Of a stretch of 64,000 nucleotides of DNA, positions 9,944 to 21,447 are shown one piece after another. The stretch covers positions 1,952,001 to 2,016,000 of the forward strand of contig OY769902.1 of assembly GCA_963669175.1 (NCBI GenBank), read 5' to 3'. Numbering within the stretch: the first letter of the stretch is position 1; each line of letters begins with the position of its first letter. The position numbers were made by a program, and so were the translations under genes. The DNA comes from a bacterium. GTDB taxonomy: Bacteria; Electryoneota; Electryoneia; Electryoneales; Electryoneaceae. Below the pieces are notes generated by a model. That model was not told the DNA's origin. It did no database searches and worked only from the letters and a program-made list of their open reading frames with translations.

Positions 9944-10381
9944 ATTGTGACATGTTACAGATAAGAACCGAAAATGGCGTTTGTTGATCAATGTCGTGTT
10001 GATGATAGTGATAAGTACTTGTGGAACAAGAAGTATAAATATAATGTAACTGCTTGCCAATTCTTGCTTTCGCTACCTCTGGAGCTTGTGTCTTGTTCGA
10101 ATTCTACTTTGAGGGGTGTCTCAAAATCTGCGATATTAATAATGGTGCGCGAGCTTCGGGTATAAGGGGTTTGCTCTTGATCATATGATGACAGTATGTG
10201 AATGCCACATGCATCCCCTTCTCCTCTACCAGAAGCAAGGCTGACCAAGCGATTTTCAGTGCAAGGATATATTGAATTTGTAGAGTGATGACAGCAGAGA
10301 GTTCATCTGTTGTGATTCGGACATGGATTGCATGTTGTAGCCGTATTGATGGTAATTTTTCTGTGAAATGTGGGAGGCATT

Positions 10382-11038
10382 ATGCATATTCAGACATCTT
10401 CTCAAGAACGAATGCGGATCGGTTTTGGGAATCATACCTGCAACTGGGGATTACATCTCGCAGGCTTGTATGAAACGGAAGAGGAGAGAGATGAAATCCT
10501 GTTCGGGTATTTCAAACAGGGGCTGGAAGACGGGGACATGAATCTTTATTGTCCTACCGAGCGAACCGTAGAGGATTTCCAGCAGAAGTTCACCAGTTTT
10601 TATCCTGCCTGTGCCGAGAAACTTAGTGATCCCAACCATTTCTCACTGTTGACAACCAAAGCATTGTACTATCCGTCCGGTACGTTTTCCCCGTGGGATA
10701 TGGATGACGCGTTGAATGCTTATTACAAGACATCTCAAGCGAAAGGGAAAAGGTATATTCGTGCGACGGCTGAGATGGTATGGGCATTAGAAGATGTTCC
10801 CGGTGTAGAAAACCTGATGGCGTATGAATCCCGCCTGAACTATTTCATTCCGGGTAAGCCCTGGGCCAGTATCTGCTTGTATAATGTCACGAAGTTTCCG
10901 GGTGAGATTATCATGAATGTCTTGAAAACACATCCCTTTACGGTGAGTAAGGGCATCATTTCTCAGAACCCTTACTATATGGACCCGGATGACTGGCTGG
11001 CTGACAATGCACCGCAATTCCTGCATCGAAAACAGTAG
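10382..11038 (+). CDS. stand-alone MEDS (DcmR-like sensory) domain protein
   Basis: HLAGLYETEEER, IRATAEMVWAL, YESRLN, ICLYN and VLKTHP match the MEDS pattern. Confidence 0.85.
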   Translation: MHIQTSSQERMRIGFGNHTCNWGLHLAGLYETEEERDEILFGYFKQGLEDGDMNLYCPTERTVEDFQQKFTSFYPACAEKLSDPNHFSLLTTKALYYPSGTFSPWDMDDALNAYYKTSQAKGKRYIRATAEMVWALEDVPGVENLMAYESRLNYFIPGKPWASICLYNVTKFPGEIIMNVLKTHPFTVSKGIISQNPYYMDPDDWLADNAPQFLHRKQ

Positions 11039-11047
11039 GAAAGAATA

Positions 11048-13699
11048 ATGGACTCTTTTGCTCATGACATGCTGCTGTTGATGACGAATCTGACTCAAAT
11101 GAAAGACGAGCAACGTGTGTTGTCGCTGTTTCAGGAGGCCTTGAACAGTATATCAACGGAATTCTCACTCGAGTTTTCTGAGGTTGAGCCTTCTTCGGGT
11201 GACTATATCGACATCGTTACAACGACACGGAAGTTTGGGTATTTCATTTTCAGTGGTGTACCGGAAGCTGTTTCCGCAGAGTTCCCCGCCTTGTTGGCCA
11301 ACAGTGTTCAAATCCTGGGTATTGTTTTAGAAAAACTGCATAATGACAAGCTGTTGCAGGATGAAAAGTCGTTATTGCGTGAAAAAATCAACGAGAAGAC
11401 TCAGTCCCTGCTGGAAAGTGATGAACGATTCAAACGGCTTACTGAGAACTCACCGGATATCATTTACCGTATGACCCTGCCGGAGGGGAGATATGAATAT
11501 GTCAGTCCTGCTGCGGAAGTTTTGACCGGTTATTCGCCCGAGGAGTGGTATCAAACCGATGCGATCATCCGAAAACTAATTCATCCTGATTGGCAGGAGT
11601 ACCTGGAAGAAGAGTGGACAAAGCTCATTCATGGGGAAATGTCACCATCATATGAATACCAGGTTGTGCATCGAAACGGTTTGATTCGATGGTTCAATCA
11701 GAGAAATGTCCTGATTACGAATGGCAATGGCAGTCCAGTGGCAATTGAAGGTATTGTGACGGATGTGACCACGCAGAAGCAGGTCGAAGAAGCCCTTACA
11801 GGTCGTGAAGAACGCTATCGAGCGCTGATTGATGCAATGCCTGATGTCGTGATCCGGTTTGACGAGGATGGGCGTCATGTCTTCGTCTCTGAGAACATTA
11901 CAGAAGCGTTTTCTGTTCCGGCCCACAGGTACGTTGGCAAAACGCATGATGAATTGGGCTTTTCCGCGGAACACTGCTGGTTCTGGCAGGAGGCGATACA
12001 GAAAGTAGTTACCTCCTCGAAGCCAGTTGAGGCAGAATATACTTTCAACGGCGCTGACAAAATGAAAAATTTCAATTTGAGGTTTTTCCCGGAGTGCAAT
12101 GAGCAGGGGGCAGTTATATCAGTGCTGGCGATATGCAGGGATATTACACTTCATCGGCAACTGGAGAAGAATTACAAAGCTTTGTTCCGTGAAATGCTGG
12201 ATGGATTTGCGCTGCATGAGATAATCTATAATGGCGATGGCAGTCCGGTTGATTATCGCTTTCTAGCTGTGAATCCAGCTTTCGAAAAGATGACCGGTCT
12301 GCGGGGAAAAGACATCATCGGTAAAACAGTGAAGACTGTTATCCCCGGCATAGAAGATCACTGGATAGACACCTATGGCCGAGTCGCATCAACCGGTGAG
12401 CCGGCATTCTTCGAGGAGTATGCAGGTGGTCTTGATAAGCATTTCGAGGTAACTGCGTACCGTCCAGCCGCAGGACAATTTGCCTGTATTTTTTCTGACA
12501 TTACGGAACGTATCAAAATTGCGGAAGAACGTCAGCGACTGGAAGAACAGCTATACCAAGCGCAAAAAATGGAATCTATCGGGAGGCTGGCTGGCGGAGT
12601 GGCCCATGATTTTAACAACATGCTGAGCGCAATTCTGGGCAATGTTGAACTGGTTTTGAATGAGTTTGATGAATCGGATCCTTCTTATGAAGATCTGCTT
12701 GAGATTAAGAAAGCTGCCACACGTTCTACCGACCTGACAAAACAACTACTGGGTTTTGCCCGGAAGCAGACCGTTGCCCTGAAAGTATTCAACCTGAACG
12801 ATGTGATCAGCGGTCTATTAAAAATGCTGAAAAGGCTGATTGGTGAAAACATCGAACTTGTCTGGAAACCGGGTGAGACAACCTGGCAAATTCGGATTGA
12901 TCCATCCCAGATTGATCAGATCATGACGAACATGATGGTCAATGCACGAGATGCGATCACTGATGTGGGGATAATAACCATCGAGACCCGGGAAGCGATT
13001 ATTGATGAAAAATTTGCGTTATCTCATCCAGGCATGGAAACAGGTGAATATGTAATGCTCTCTATTCAGGATAATGGCGGTGGCATGACTGAAGAGACCC
13101 TGGCCAATCTCTTTGATCCTTTCTATACAACTAAACCGGCGGGGAAAGGAACCGGCCTTGGATTGGCAACAGTGTATGGTATTGTCAAGCAGAACCAGGG
13201 ATATATTGGTGTAGATAGTGTAGTTGGACAAGGAACCTGTTTTAACATCTATCTGCCACGTCACAGGGGTAAATCTATTGAGGCTATTACTGTAAACAAG
13301 ACGGAAACAGTGATCCAGGGAGAAGAGACAGTTCTGTTTGTTGAGGATGAACCCTCAATTCTTTCCCTTGGGGCGAAGATGTTGAAAAGCCTGGGATACA
13401 ATGTCCTGACTGCCGGAAGACCCCGGGAAGCCATTGAGTTGGCATCGAAGTATGGTGGTGAAATTCACCTGCTGATTACAGATGTCATTATGCCGGAGAT
13501 GAATGGAAAAGAAATGGCCAATCAGATTCAGACATTTTATCCGAATCTGAAGCGCTTGTTCATATCAGGTTATACGGCAGATGTAATAGCTCATAATGGT
13601 GTTCTGGAAGAAGGGACGTGTTTTGTTCAGAAACCCTTCTCAGTGAAAACACTCTCGTCCAAAGTTCGTGCTGCCCTGGAAAGTCAGGCGCCCCGCTAA
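11048..13699 (+). CDS. PAS-domain hybrid sensor histidine kinase/response regulator
   Basis: Three PAS/PAC repeats, H-box [11 protein letters not shown] boxes DNGGGM and GKGTGLGL, C-terminal REC domain (LLITDVIMP). Confidence 0.95.
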   Translation: MDSFAHDMLLLMTNLTQMKDEQRVLSLFQEALNSISTEFSLEFSEVEPSSGDYIDIVTTTRKFGYFIFSGVPEAVSAEFPALLANSVQILGIVLEKLHNDKLLQDEKSLLREKINEKTQSLLESDERFKRLTENSPDIIYRMTLPEGRYEYVSPAAEVLTGYSPEEWYQTDAIIRKLIHPDWQEYLEEEWTKLIHGEMSPSYEYQVVHRNGLIRWFNQRNVLITNGNGSPVAIEGIVTDVTTQKQVEEALTGREERYRALIDAMPDVVIRFDEDGRHVFVSENITEAFSVPAHRYVGKTHDELGFSAEHCWFWQEAIQKVVTSSKPVEAEYTFNGADKMKNFNLRFFPECNEQGAVISVLAICRDITLHRQLEKNYKALFREMLDGFALHEIIYNGDGSPVDYRFLAVNPAFEKMTGLRGKDIIGKTVKTVIPGIEDHWIDTYGRVASTGEPAFFEEYAGGLDKHFEVTAYRPAAGQFACIFSDITERIKIAEERQRLEEQLYQAQKMESIGRLAGGVAHDFNNMLSAILGNVELVLNEFDESDPSYEDLLEIKKAATRSTDLTKQLLGFARKQTVALKVFNLNDVISGLLKMLKRLIGENIELVWKPGETTWQIRIDPSQIDQIMTNMMVNARDAITDVGIITIETREAIIDEKFALSHPGMETGEYVMLSIQDNGGGMTEETLANLFDPFYTTKPAGKGTGLGLATVYGIVKQNQGYIGVDSVVGQGTCFNIYLPRHRGKSIEAITVNKTETVIQGEETVLFVEDEPSILSLGAKMLKSLGYNVLTAGRPREAIELASKYGGEIHLLITDVIMPEMNGKEMANQIQTFYPNLKRLFISGYTADVIAHNGVLEEGTCFVQKPFSVKTLSSKVRAALESQAPR

Positions 13700-13999
13700 C
13701 TCCATCGCCTGGCCTAATTATTTCGCGAATGATATGGCAGATGGGTACTTGCCGGTGTGTGTCACTCCATCCCGATGCGCTCCGGAGTGAAGCGAAAGGG
13801 TTTGCTTGTGTGGGAGTATTCTGGCTGTATCAAGCCAGGAATATCAATCACTTGCGAATCGGGCCACCCAGGCTCTCCGCAGTTCCCGACTTGCTCATAA
13901 TCCGCTTCATAAGAGGACGCCCCACAAATCTTGTCAGCATCTCGAGAGTATCGTGTTGCACTTCCGGCAAATCTGGCCATGCACTCTTTTGCAGTACTG

Positions 14000-15034
14000 T
14001 TAGAAACGTACAGATCCACCCAGGCTTTCCGCTGATTTGTAAGAATCAACACCTGAATCCGAACCCGAGAAGGCAACCATCTCCCTGATAAATCCCACAA
14101 CCTCTGCAGCGCGTGTGTAATGGATTGCGTGTCCGGCATCCGGAATCTGACGGTACTGCCAGCCCAGCGAATCAGCCCATGCGGGCAGTGGATCATCGCT
14201 GAAATACACATCATGTTCACCAATCATGATCCCGACAGGCACCTGGATAGCCCCATACTTCTCAGATTCTTCGCCCAGTGCGGTATTGACCGCGCTCATA
14301 TCATCCGCCATGATCTTGACAGCTTGCGGACGTTGGGACAGCAGGATTGTCTCGCCCCAGTAATCATCCGGAACCGGTTCCGGTGAAAAAGTTCGTTTGG
14401 TCAGAGGATTCCGTACCAGGCAACCGACTGGAACGGCCAGGGTATGCAGCAGGGCGTCAGATAGAACCGGAATCTGAGCGACGGGATAGACAATATCCAC
14501 AGTGCGCTCGTTTGGCAGGATATAGGGGGCAAGAAGCGCCAGCGCAGCGAGATCATCCGGGTATTCCACTGCATAAGAAGCCGCGACAGCGCCTCCCCAG
14601 GACAGGCCAACAATGACAGGCTTCTCAATGCCCAGCTCAAGAATTGCGCGATGAATGATGTCCGCCTGCGCACGTGGATCACCATTCATCCCGTTAGGAC
14701 GTTTGCTGTGTCCATGTCCGGCACGGTCAAAAGCGTAAACATGGCAGGTGGTTGCCAGTGAATCGATAATGCCACGTTTGTACCAGGCATATGAAGATCC
14801 TCCGACTCCGTGCAAAAGGACAATTGTTGGCGTATTGCCCTCGCCCATCTCGAAATAGTGCTGTGGAGCGCCCAGAATGTCAACATACTTACCGGAATCA
14901 GGATAAACCTGTTCCGCCTGCTCAATTTCCACCTCAGTCATCAGGTTCATGCCGCCGATTGCACCAACCAGCGCTATCAAGGTTGCCAGCCAGATCATGA
15001 GGAGCCTGCTCTGTTTTTGCTTTGAGTAATCCAT
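14000..15034 (-). CDS. alpha/beta hydrolase with N-terminal anchor
   Basis: LLHGVG, DRAGHGHS, nucleophile motif GLSWGG, catalytic His in AGHAIH. Confidence 0.9.
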   Translation of the reverse strand: MDYSKQKQSRLLMIWLATLIALVGAIGGMNLMTEVEIEQAEQVYPDSGKYVDILGAPQHYFEMGEGNTPTIVLLHGVGGSSYAWYKRGIIDSLATTCHVYAFDRAGHGHSKRPNGMNGDPRAQADIIHRAILELGIEKPVIVGLSWGGAVAASYAVEYPDDLAALALLAPYILPNERTVDIVYPVAQIPVLSDALLHTLAVPVGCLVRNPLTKRTFSPEPVPDDYWGETILLSQRPQAVKIMADDMSAVNTALGEESEKYGAIQVPVGIMIGEHDVYFSDDPLPAWADSLGWQYRQIPDAGHAIHYTRAAEVVGFIREMVAFSGSDSGVDSYKSAESLGGSVRF

Positions 15035-15110
15035 ATAACTCCGAGATCCCCGGTCAAGCAAAGGGATGACAAGATGAGCTACTTCATTCGTGCTAGGTCT
15101 GAATCGTCCG

Positions 15111-15806
15111 TTACCAGATAAATGGCGCCAGGCGGAATTTCACTTTTCTGGTATACTCTTGATACCCCGGTAATTCTCCCTGGAGTGTTTTGTCTTCTTT
15201 ATACGTTCTGAAAACAAACAGGATCGCCACCCCAACTCCGGCAATCAGCGCCAGACAGGATTCCAGCAATAGAGCAACTGAGATGTTGGTCAGGATAGCG
15301 CCCGTGTACCCCGGATGCCGGACGAAACGATACGGACCGTGGCTGATGACGACCTGGTTTCGATCATCCTGGATTCGAACATGGCTGGAGAAGAAGGGGT
15401 TGGAGCGCATGGCCCAAAGTGTCCACAAGCTGGCGGTAATCATGATAACCAGGGAAACAAGGGGTACTGCGAGAGGAAGAGGAACAGTAAAATGAACACG
15501 TTTATCAAACCCGGCAAGCAGGATTTCCAGCAGGGGCAGTATTCCGGCTAACACAGGCAACAGCTTCTTGTCCCAGGATTTGGCTTTTCGGCCCGCTTGC
15601 TTCCTTTCTTGAACAAGGTCGGGATCATTCCAGAAAACCAGGACTGTTACCAGAATAACAGTCTCCAGGTAGACAGCAAGAAACACCCACCCGTTCCACC
15701 AGGAAATACTCCCGGTTGCCGCAAACAGGCACGCCCCCAACACGATGGCGAATAGAATGGGGCGGATCAAAGAGATGATTTTTTGTCGAATACTCAGTTC
15801 ACTCAT
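15111..15806 (-). CDS. isoprenylcysteine carboxyl methyltransferase (ICMT/PEMT) family membrane protein
   Basis: NPFFSSHVRIQ..VISHGPYRFVRHPGY, EDKTL..LPGYQEY. Confidence 0.92.
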   Translation of the reverse strand: MSELSIRQKIISLIRPILFAIVLGACLFAATGSISWWNGWVFLAVYLETVILVTVLVFWNDPDLVQERKQAGRKAKSWDKKLLPVLAGILPLLEILLAGFDKRVHFTVPLPLAVPLVSLVIMITASLWTLWAMRSNPFFSSHVRIQDDRNQVVISHGPYRFVRHPGYTGAILTNISVALLLESCLALIAGVGVAILFVFRTYKEDKTLQGELPGYQEYTRKVKFRLAPFIW

Positions 15807-16872
15807 GATCAGGGTTTGAAATCATGTTTTGCTGGATATCCAGAAGCATTGCGGCTGCAACCGGGGATTCCAGCCCGATACCTTCACCGGTCTGTGAATT
15901 GAAATGAAGGTAGCAGCCATTTGTCTCCGCAAGGTTGATGAATGATTCGGTGAAGTCTCTTTCCATAACCGGAGCAAGCCACCAGTTAGTCCAGGTGTGT
16001 ACTGCTCCCCGCCAGGGAATTTGCGGATCATAGTGGGGCGAATCTGTGGGCAGCGTAGGCATTCCAAATGGCGTGGAATAGCGTTCGCCCAGGACTTCGA
16101 GTACCTGCTTTTTCATGTGTCCCGGAAGCCCAAGCAGCAACGGCATATGGGTGGACAGGCAATCTGGGTGGAGGGAACGTCCATTGAGGTGATCAACATA
16201 GCGAAACCTGCCGATAGATCCATCCCAGGGACGATCCAGCAGGGCAGCACGTCCCAGTGCTGCTCTGCGTTTTGCGCCGGTCATCAGGCGAAACTGCTTG
16301 CCCAGCGATACCAGTATCTCTTCATTCAGAATAAAGATCGCTGACAGGAAGGGATTGTATATGGAGAATGGCTTTCCTTCACCAACCTGTTTCAACAGGG
16401 CGCTGTTTCTCTTTGAGGTTTCAACCGGTGAGTCATCTTCTGTGAAGCCAAGGGGTTGATCCCAGATAGGATTGTCTTCGTCATTACTTTCCACCGGATG
16501 GGTGACGGCAATCCATTTCATGTTCAACGGGTCACGGTTCTTCCAGAACCAGGCATGCAGCTTCTCAACTCGGGGCAAAAGCGGTTTGATACGCTGCACA
16601 TTGTCGCTTTGGGAGGTGATTCGTTGTAAAACGAGCGCAAGGATCGGCAGGGCGGATAACTCACACCACGGTGTATCGCCGATAGAGTGGCGAAGATGTC
16701 CGTCATTCTGCTGATGACTCAGTGTTTCCGTAACTATAGTTGTTGCCAGGTCCGTATCCAGATAAGACCAGCCCAGGGCAAGGACCAGATGTTCGGTCAG
16801 AGAAAAAATTGAATCATTCTGAAGAAGGTCGGCTTTCGAAGCCTGCAACAAAGTTTCAGCATGTTTCAGCAT
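15799..16872 (-). CDS. GH63/mannosylglycerate-hydrolase-like protein, degenerate
   Basis: LHAWFWKNRDP, HPVES..NPIWD, WRGAV..TNWW and TGEG resemble MGH1-like (alpha/alpha)6 hydrolases. Confidence 0.65.
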   Translation of the reverse strand: MLKHAETLLQASKADLLQNDSIFSLTEHLVLALGWSYLDTDLATTIVTETLSHQQNDGHLRHSIGDTPWCELSALPILALVLQRITSQSDNVQRIKPLLPRVEKLHAWFWKNRDPLNMKWIAVTHPVESNDEDNPIWDQPLGFTEDDSPVETSKRNSALLKQVGEGKPFSIYNPFLSAIFILNEEILVSLGKQFRLMTGAKRRAALGRAALLDRPWDGSIGRFRYVDHLNGRSLHPDCLSTHMPLLLGLPGHMKKQVLEVLGERYSTPFGMPTLPTDSPHYDPQIPWRGAVHTWTNWWLAPVMERDFTESFINLAETNGCYLHFNSQTGEGIGLESPVAAAMLLDIQQNMISNPDHE

Positions 16873-17050
16873 GATGGGGCTCCTGCAATTGTGTGGTATC
16901 AAACATAATGCTATCAGGCAAGTGAGGACAAAGACACAGGAGAGCTACCGGAGAGAGAGAAAAAGAGCAATGGAAAATATTTCCATAGTGTATTTGCAAT
17001 AATTTATGTATACTGAAGAAATTGAGGATTTTCCAGAACTTGAGGGAAGC

Positions 17051-17638
17051 ATGAGAATCCTGATAACGGATGATTCACTTACGATGCGCCGTGCAATTCG
17101 CAGTATCCTTTCCATGGGTGGGTATACAGATGTCATCGAAGCCTGCAACGGTCAGGAAGCCCTGGATAGATTATACGGGATTGATGTTGTTCTGATGGAT
17201 TGGAATATGCCTGTCATGAATGGTTTGACGGCAGTGAAGGCCATCCGGGCGGATACGAAGTTCTGTGATATTCCTATTATCATGGTGACTACTGAAGGCG
17301 CTCGTGAAACTGTAATTGACGCCATGCGCAATGGTGTCAGCGATTTTGTGATTAAACCTGTTGATCCGAAAGTATTGCTGGACAAGATCAGGAGTTTGAC
17401 AGCACATCAGGAAACTGCTGATGTTGCCGTCGGGCAACGGAGTTTTATACTGACATCTGAGGTGCATGGCATCATCAATACACTGGCTGACAAACTTGAT
17501 GCGGAAGGGATCGAATCACGAAATGCCAGCAAGTTGATCAGGTATTGTGTACTACAGCTTTGTCCGGATACAAGCGATAAATCACTAAAAAAAGCCGTGG
17601 AACAGATCCGGAAAGACGCACGCTGGTCGAAGGCGTAG
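17051..17638 (+). CDS. CheY-like response regulator with C-terminal extension
   Basis: ILITDDS, DWNMPVMNG, MVTTE, VIKP; about 70-aa C-terminal tail. ATG 17051 follows GAGGGAAG. Confidence 0.88.
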   Translation: MRILITDDSLTMRRAIRSILSMGGYTDVIEACNGQEALDRLYGIDVVLMDWNMPVMNGLTAVKAIRADTKFCDIPIIMVTTEGARETVIDAMRNGVSDFVIKPVDPKVLLDKIRSLTAHQETADVAVGQRSFILTSEVHGIINTLADKLDAEGIESRNASKLIRYCVLQLCPDTSDKSLKKAVEQIRKDARWSKA

Positions 17639-17644
17639 AAAAGA

Positions 17645-17672
17645 AAAACCCGCGTTGCATCAACGCGGGTTT
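17645..17672. terminator. bidirectional intrinsic terminator
   Basis: AAAACCCGCGTTG-CAT-CAACGCGGGTTT between convergent genes. Confidence 0.75.
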
Positions 17673-17697
17673 GGATTTCAAAGGAATTCTTTCCGAC

Positions 17698-18852
17698 TTA
17701 CTTGCCCTGCTGCAGTTTTTCCCGAATCTGCCTGAGTTTGTTTTCAGCTTCAATCCGGTCTTCACGAATTTTTTCCAGTTCAACTTCGATGTACTGGATA
17801 TCATCGCGAACACTGCCGCCCCAGTCATATAAAGCCGCACGGTTAGCAGACTGCATCTGGCCCGGCATCATCATGGACTGTTGTCCATAAGACTGCTGCT
17901 GCATTCCCGGCATACTGGCCTGCTGGTAGGCAGGTCCACCGACTGCTTCAGACGTAAAGATCAGCTTGCTGGTGACACGCCAGCCCGGATAGCTGGGCGC
18001 TGAGCTGGGCTGCAGGGTCTTGTCCGTCAGTTCGTCATTCTCGTAGTATTTGATGTCAATACCCGACAGTAGTGATACACCTGGCATAATCGCGTAGCGT
18101 ATGGATGGGGTCAGGTATCCGTAGGCTTCAATAGAATAGACCTCTGCCCAGTCCTGCGGGTAGCTCATGACGTAAGTGCCCTGAGATTCCAGTGCCAGGG
18201 TAAGGCGCTGGTTCAGAGGATAAGAAATGCCCGAGTAAACGACCATGGCGTCGGTAGAAGTCGAAAACTGTCCGGAGTCGTTATAGTTTACATAACCGAA
18301 GTTATAGGTAATCTGCAAACCATCTTCGATGGACAACGGATTGGCCAGGTAGCTGAAGAGTACGTTAAACTGCATTCCCAGGTTACTGCTGGAATAGGGC
18401 TCCAGGTAAACATTTTCTACAGTTTCGGACGAGAATTTGGTCAGCAATGTTCCCTGCAATCCCCAGAAGAACGGGCTGGTGCCAAACTGCTTCCCGGCGT
18501 ATTTCCAACGCAGGTATATCCGGCCGGGAGTGTTCGCTGTGCGTGGTTGTTCGTCATCACCGGGAACAGAACTCAGGTTCAGATCCTGGTACAAAACACC
18601 AGAAACTTCAAGTTCGGTGTTCTGCAGGAATCCGTAGTTGTAGCTGAACGCAATAGTAGCATTTGACCAGCTATCGCCATCAATACTCACCATGGAACCA
18701 CGCGTATGCAGGAGATACGTCCGTGAGCCCTTGGGAATGGTCTGCGCCGCAGACACATACTGGAGAGTATAGCCTCCCTGGAATTGCTCCGCATAACTGG
18801 AAGCAACAGACAAGAGAAGCGCAACGACTACAATCCACAACAATTTGCGCAT
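17698..18852 (-). CDS. exported hypothetical protein, probable outer-membrane beta-barrel with Q/M-rich linker and coiled-coil tail
   Basis: Signal peptide MRKLLWIVVVALLLSVASSYA after GGAGG; alternating aromatic strands; tail IEVELEKIREDRIEAENKLRQIREKL. Confidence 0.7.
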   Translation of the reverse strand: MRKLLWIVVVALLLSVASSYAEQFQGGYTLQYVSAAQTIPKGSRTYLLHTRGSMVSIDGDSWSNATIAFSYNYGFLQNTELEVSGVLYQDLNLSSVPGDDEQPRTANTPGRIYLRWKYAGKQFGTSPFFWGLQGTLLTKFSSETVENVYLEPYSSSNLGMQFNVLFSYLANPLSIEDGLQITYNFGYVNYNDSGQFSTSTDAMVVYSGISYPLNQRLTLALESQGTYVMSYPQDWAEVYSIEAYGYLTPSIRYAIMPGVSLLSGIDIKYYENDELTDKTLQPSSAPSYPGWRVTSKLIFTSEAVGGPAYQQASMPGMQQQSYGQQSMMMPGQMQSANRAALYDWGGSVRDDIQYIEVELEKIREDRIEAENKLRQIREKLQQGK

Positions 18853-19211
18853 ATGGCCTCCCCAACCTTCGTGCAGAAGATTGAAGTCCACGTTTAGTTC
18901 AACCCGGTTGCCGAGCACAAAGAGAACACCTCTTTTGAGATTCTCAGCATTGAAACGAAAATGTAGGCACCCATCGATAGGCGAGTCAAGCGTGCCCACC
19001 ATCTCCACTTGAAATCTATAGAAACTACTTTCCTGTCTACTAAAAAGGTGAAATTTCTTCTTCTCGAGAGTGATCTGTATCACACGAACAACATTCCTGG
19101 TTACAAACTTGCGATGATTTCTTCGGTTCCATTGTGCTGACAATGGAGGAAGGCTATGTTTATCAATCCGGTAAAAATGCCCCAAGAGGGACTCCGGTGC
19201 CCAGTAATAAT

Positions 19212-19229
19212 TCGTGCTTTTTTTCACAT
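19212..19229. promoter_or_regulatory. possible Rex/CRP-like operator upstream of hox
   Basis: TCGTGC-TTTTTT-TCACAT resembles TGTGA-N6-TCACA, about 95 bp before hoxE. Confidence 0.3.
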
Positions 19230-19322
19230 AATAAGTATATTACCGTCATGGACACAGTATCGAGTGTCTAGTGTTCTTGTTTTTTGTTTTTACATACGTT
19301 ACTCCAAAGTGGAGGGTAGTCA

Positions 19323-19826
19323 GTGATTGATTTTATCAAGCCTGAACCGCCTACGAACGATAAACGGTGGAAACTGGTCAATGCTGCGATGCGGAAACAT
19401 GGGCATGCGCATCATGCATTGATTCAAACTCTGCACGCCGTACAAGGTGCATTTGGGTACCTGGATAAGGATGCGCTCGCGTATGTCGCGGCATCACTCA
19501 GATTACCACTGAGCAAGGTTTATGGCGTAGCCACGTTTTATCATTATTTCACCATGAAGCCGCAAGGCAAGCACACCTGCGTGCTGTGCACGGGAACAGC
19601 CTGTTACATCAAGGGCGTTCCGGATTTGCTTACTGTGGTTAAGGAGAAATACGGCGTAAAACTGGGCGAAACAACGGAAGATGGTGAGTTGAGTATGCTG
19701 TCTGCGCGTTGTGTTGGTGCATGTGGTCTGGCGCCGGTTGCGGTTATTGATGGGGAGACAGTGGGGAAACTGACCCCGGAATTACTGTGTGCCAAGCTGG
19801 AGGAGGTAATTAGTCATGATTCTTGA
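19323..19826 (+). CDS. hoxE: bidirectional hydrogenase subunit HoxE (NuoE-like)
   Basis: [11 protein letters not shown]; CTGTAC and CVGACGLAP 2Fe-2S ligands; first gene of the hox operon. Confidence 0.92.
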   Translation: MIDFIKPEPPTNDKRWKLVNAAMRKHGHAHHALIQTLHAVQGAFGYLDKDALAYVAASLRLPLSKVYGVATFYHYFTMKPQGKHTCVLCTGTACYIKGVPDLLTVVKEKYGVKLGETTEDGELSMLSARCVGACGLAPVAVIDGETVGKLTPELLCAKLEEVISHDS

Positions 19827-21447
19827 AGAACTCCGTGAGCTGGGCGCAAAGGTTATCGAGGAAGAACAGCAAGCGACACACCGCATTCATGTTTGCGTTG
19901 CTGCCGGTTGTGTCTCTTCCGGAAGTGACAAGGTTCTGGAAGCCTTGACCGAAGAGGTCAAGAAGCGTGAGATGTGTGAATTCTGTCTTGTCAAAGGGGT
20001 TGGTTGCATGGGCCCCTGCTCCGGCGGACCGGTGGTGCGCATTGAGAGTGAAGATGTCATGTACCAGAATGTGAGTGTAGATGACATCCCTTCGATTCTT
20101 GACCAACTTGGTAAAAAACCGGTTGACAAGCTTCTCGCACCGGCAGACACACCTTTCTTTACGCATCAGAAGAAAGTTGTTCTGGAAAACAGCGGTTTGA
20201 TTGATCCGGAACGGATTGAGGATTACATCGCACATGGCGGTTATTCAGCGCTGGTAAAAGTGTTGACCGAAATGACCTCGACTGATGTCATCCAGGAAAT
20301 CATGAATTCCGGATTGCGCGGCCGTGGTGGCGCCGGGTATCCAACAGGCTTGAAATGGAGTACCGTTTCAAAGTCGATGGACCCGATCAAATACGTCGTG
20401 TGTAACGCCGACGAAGGCGATCCGGGCGCATTCATGGACCGTAGTGTCCTGGAAAGCGATCCGCATCGTGTGCTGGAAGGCATGGCGATCGCGGCATTGG
20501 CAGTCGGGGCGCAAGAGGGGTTCGTATACGTCCGCGCGGAATACCCGCTGGCCATCAAGCGCCTGGAAAAAGCGATTAAGCAGGCGGAACGCAACGGTGT
20601 CCTCGGAAAGCGTGTTTTCGGAACAACCTTTGACCTGCATCTGGAAATCCGGTTGGGCGCAGGAGCGTTTGTCTGCGGTGAAGAAACTGCGCTACTGGCC
20701 AGCATTGAGGGGGAACGTGGCACTCCACGTCCCCGTCCGCCATACCCGGCAGAGCAGGGACTATGGGGCCACTCCACGCTGATCAATAACGTGGAGACTT
20801 ACGCCAATATTCCCGCTATCATCCGTAATGGCGCAGACTGGTATTCTGAGATCGGCACGGACTCCAGCAAGGGCACCAAGGTGTTTGCGTTGGCTGGACG
20901 TATCAACAATACCGGGTTGATCGAAGTTCCGATGGGTATCACCCTCCGCGAGATCGTTGAAGAGATGGGCGGCGGCATCCCGGATGGAAAGAAGTTCAAG
21001 GCGGTGCAGACCGGTGGGCCGTCCGGCGGTTGTATCCCGTCCCAGTTCCTGGATGAACCGGTTGATTACGAAACGCTGTCGCGGCTGGGGTCTATCATGG
21101 GGTCCGGAGGGATGATCATCATGGATGAGACCTCCAACATGGTGGATGTGGCCAAGTATTTCATGGAATTCAGCATGTCTGAATCCTGTGGCAAGTGTGT
21201 GCCGTGCAGGGTTGGCTCTGTTCACCTGTACAACCTGCTGGAAAAGATCCTGGCGGGGAAAGGGCATCCGGATGATATCACGCGGATGGAAGAGCTTTGC
21301 GAACTGATGAACAATGCAAGCCTGTGCGGGTTGGGGCAGTCCGCTCCCAATCCGATCAAGAGTACGCTCCGCTATTTCCGTGATGAATACGACACCCTGA
21401 TTCAGGGTAATGGGTCGGCAACGGCTGAAACCGAGGAGGCCCGCTGA
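19816..21447 (+). CDS. hoxF: diaphorase large subunit HoxF (NuoF-like)
   Basis: [48 protein letters not shown]. Confidence 0.95.
   Translation: MILEELRELGAKVIEEEQQATHRIHVCVAAGCVSSGSDKVLEALTEEVKKREMCEFCLVKGVGCMGPCSGGPVVRIESEDVMYQNVSVDDIPSILDQLGKKPVDKLLAPADTPFFTHQKKVVLENSGLIDPERIEDYIAHGGYSALVKVLTEMTSTDVIQEIMNSGLRGRGGAGYPTGLKWSTVSKSMDPIKYVVCNADEGDPGAFMDRSVLESDPHRVLEGMAIAALAVGAQEGFVYVRAEYPLAIKRLEKAIKQAERNGVLGKRVFGTTFDLHLEIRLGAGAFVCGEETALLASIEGERGTPRPRPPYPAEQGLWGHSTLINNVETYANIPAIIRNGADWYSEIGTDSSKGTKVFALAGRINNTGLIEVPMGITLREIVEEMGGGIPDGKKFKAVQTGGPSGGCIPSQFLDEPVDYETLSRLGSIMGSGGMIIMDETSNMVDVAKYFMEFSMSESCGKCVPCRVGSVHLYNLLEKILAGKGHPDDITRMEELCELMNNASLCGLGQSAPNPIKSTLRYFRDEYDTLIQGNGSATAETEEAR

Noticed and set aside
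18853-19227. N-terminal 125 aa of the 509-aa ORF 17698-19227
   Set aside because: A clear RBS and signal peptide begin at 18852; the upstream part is the divergent promoter region shared with hoxE.
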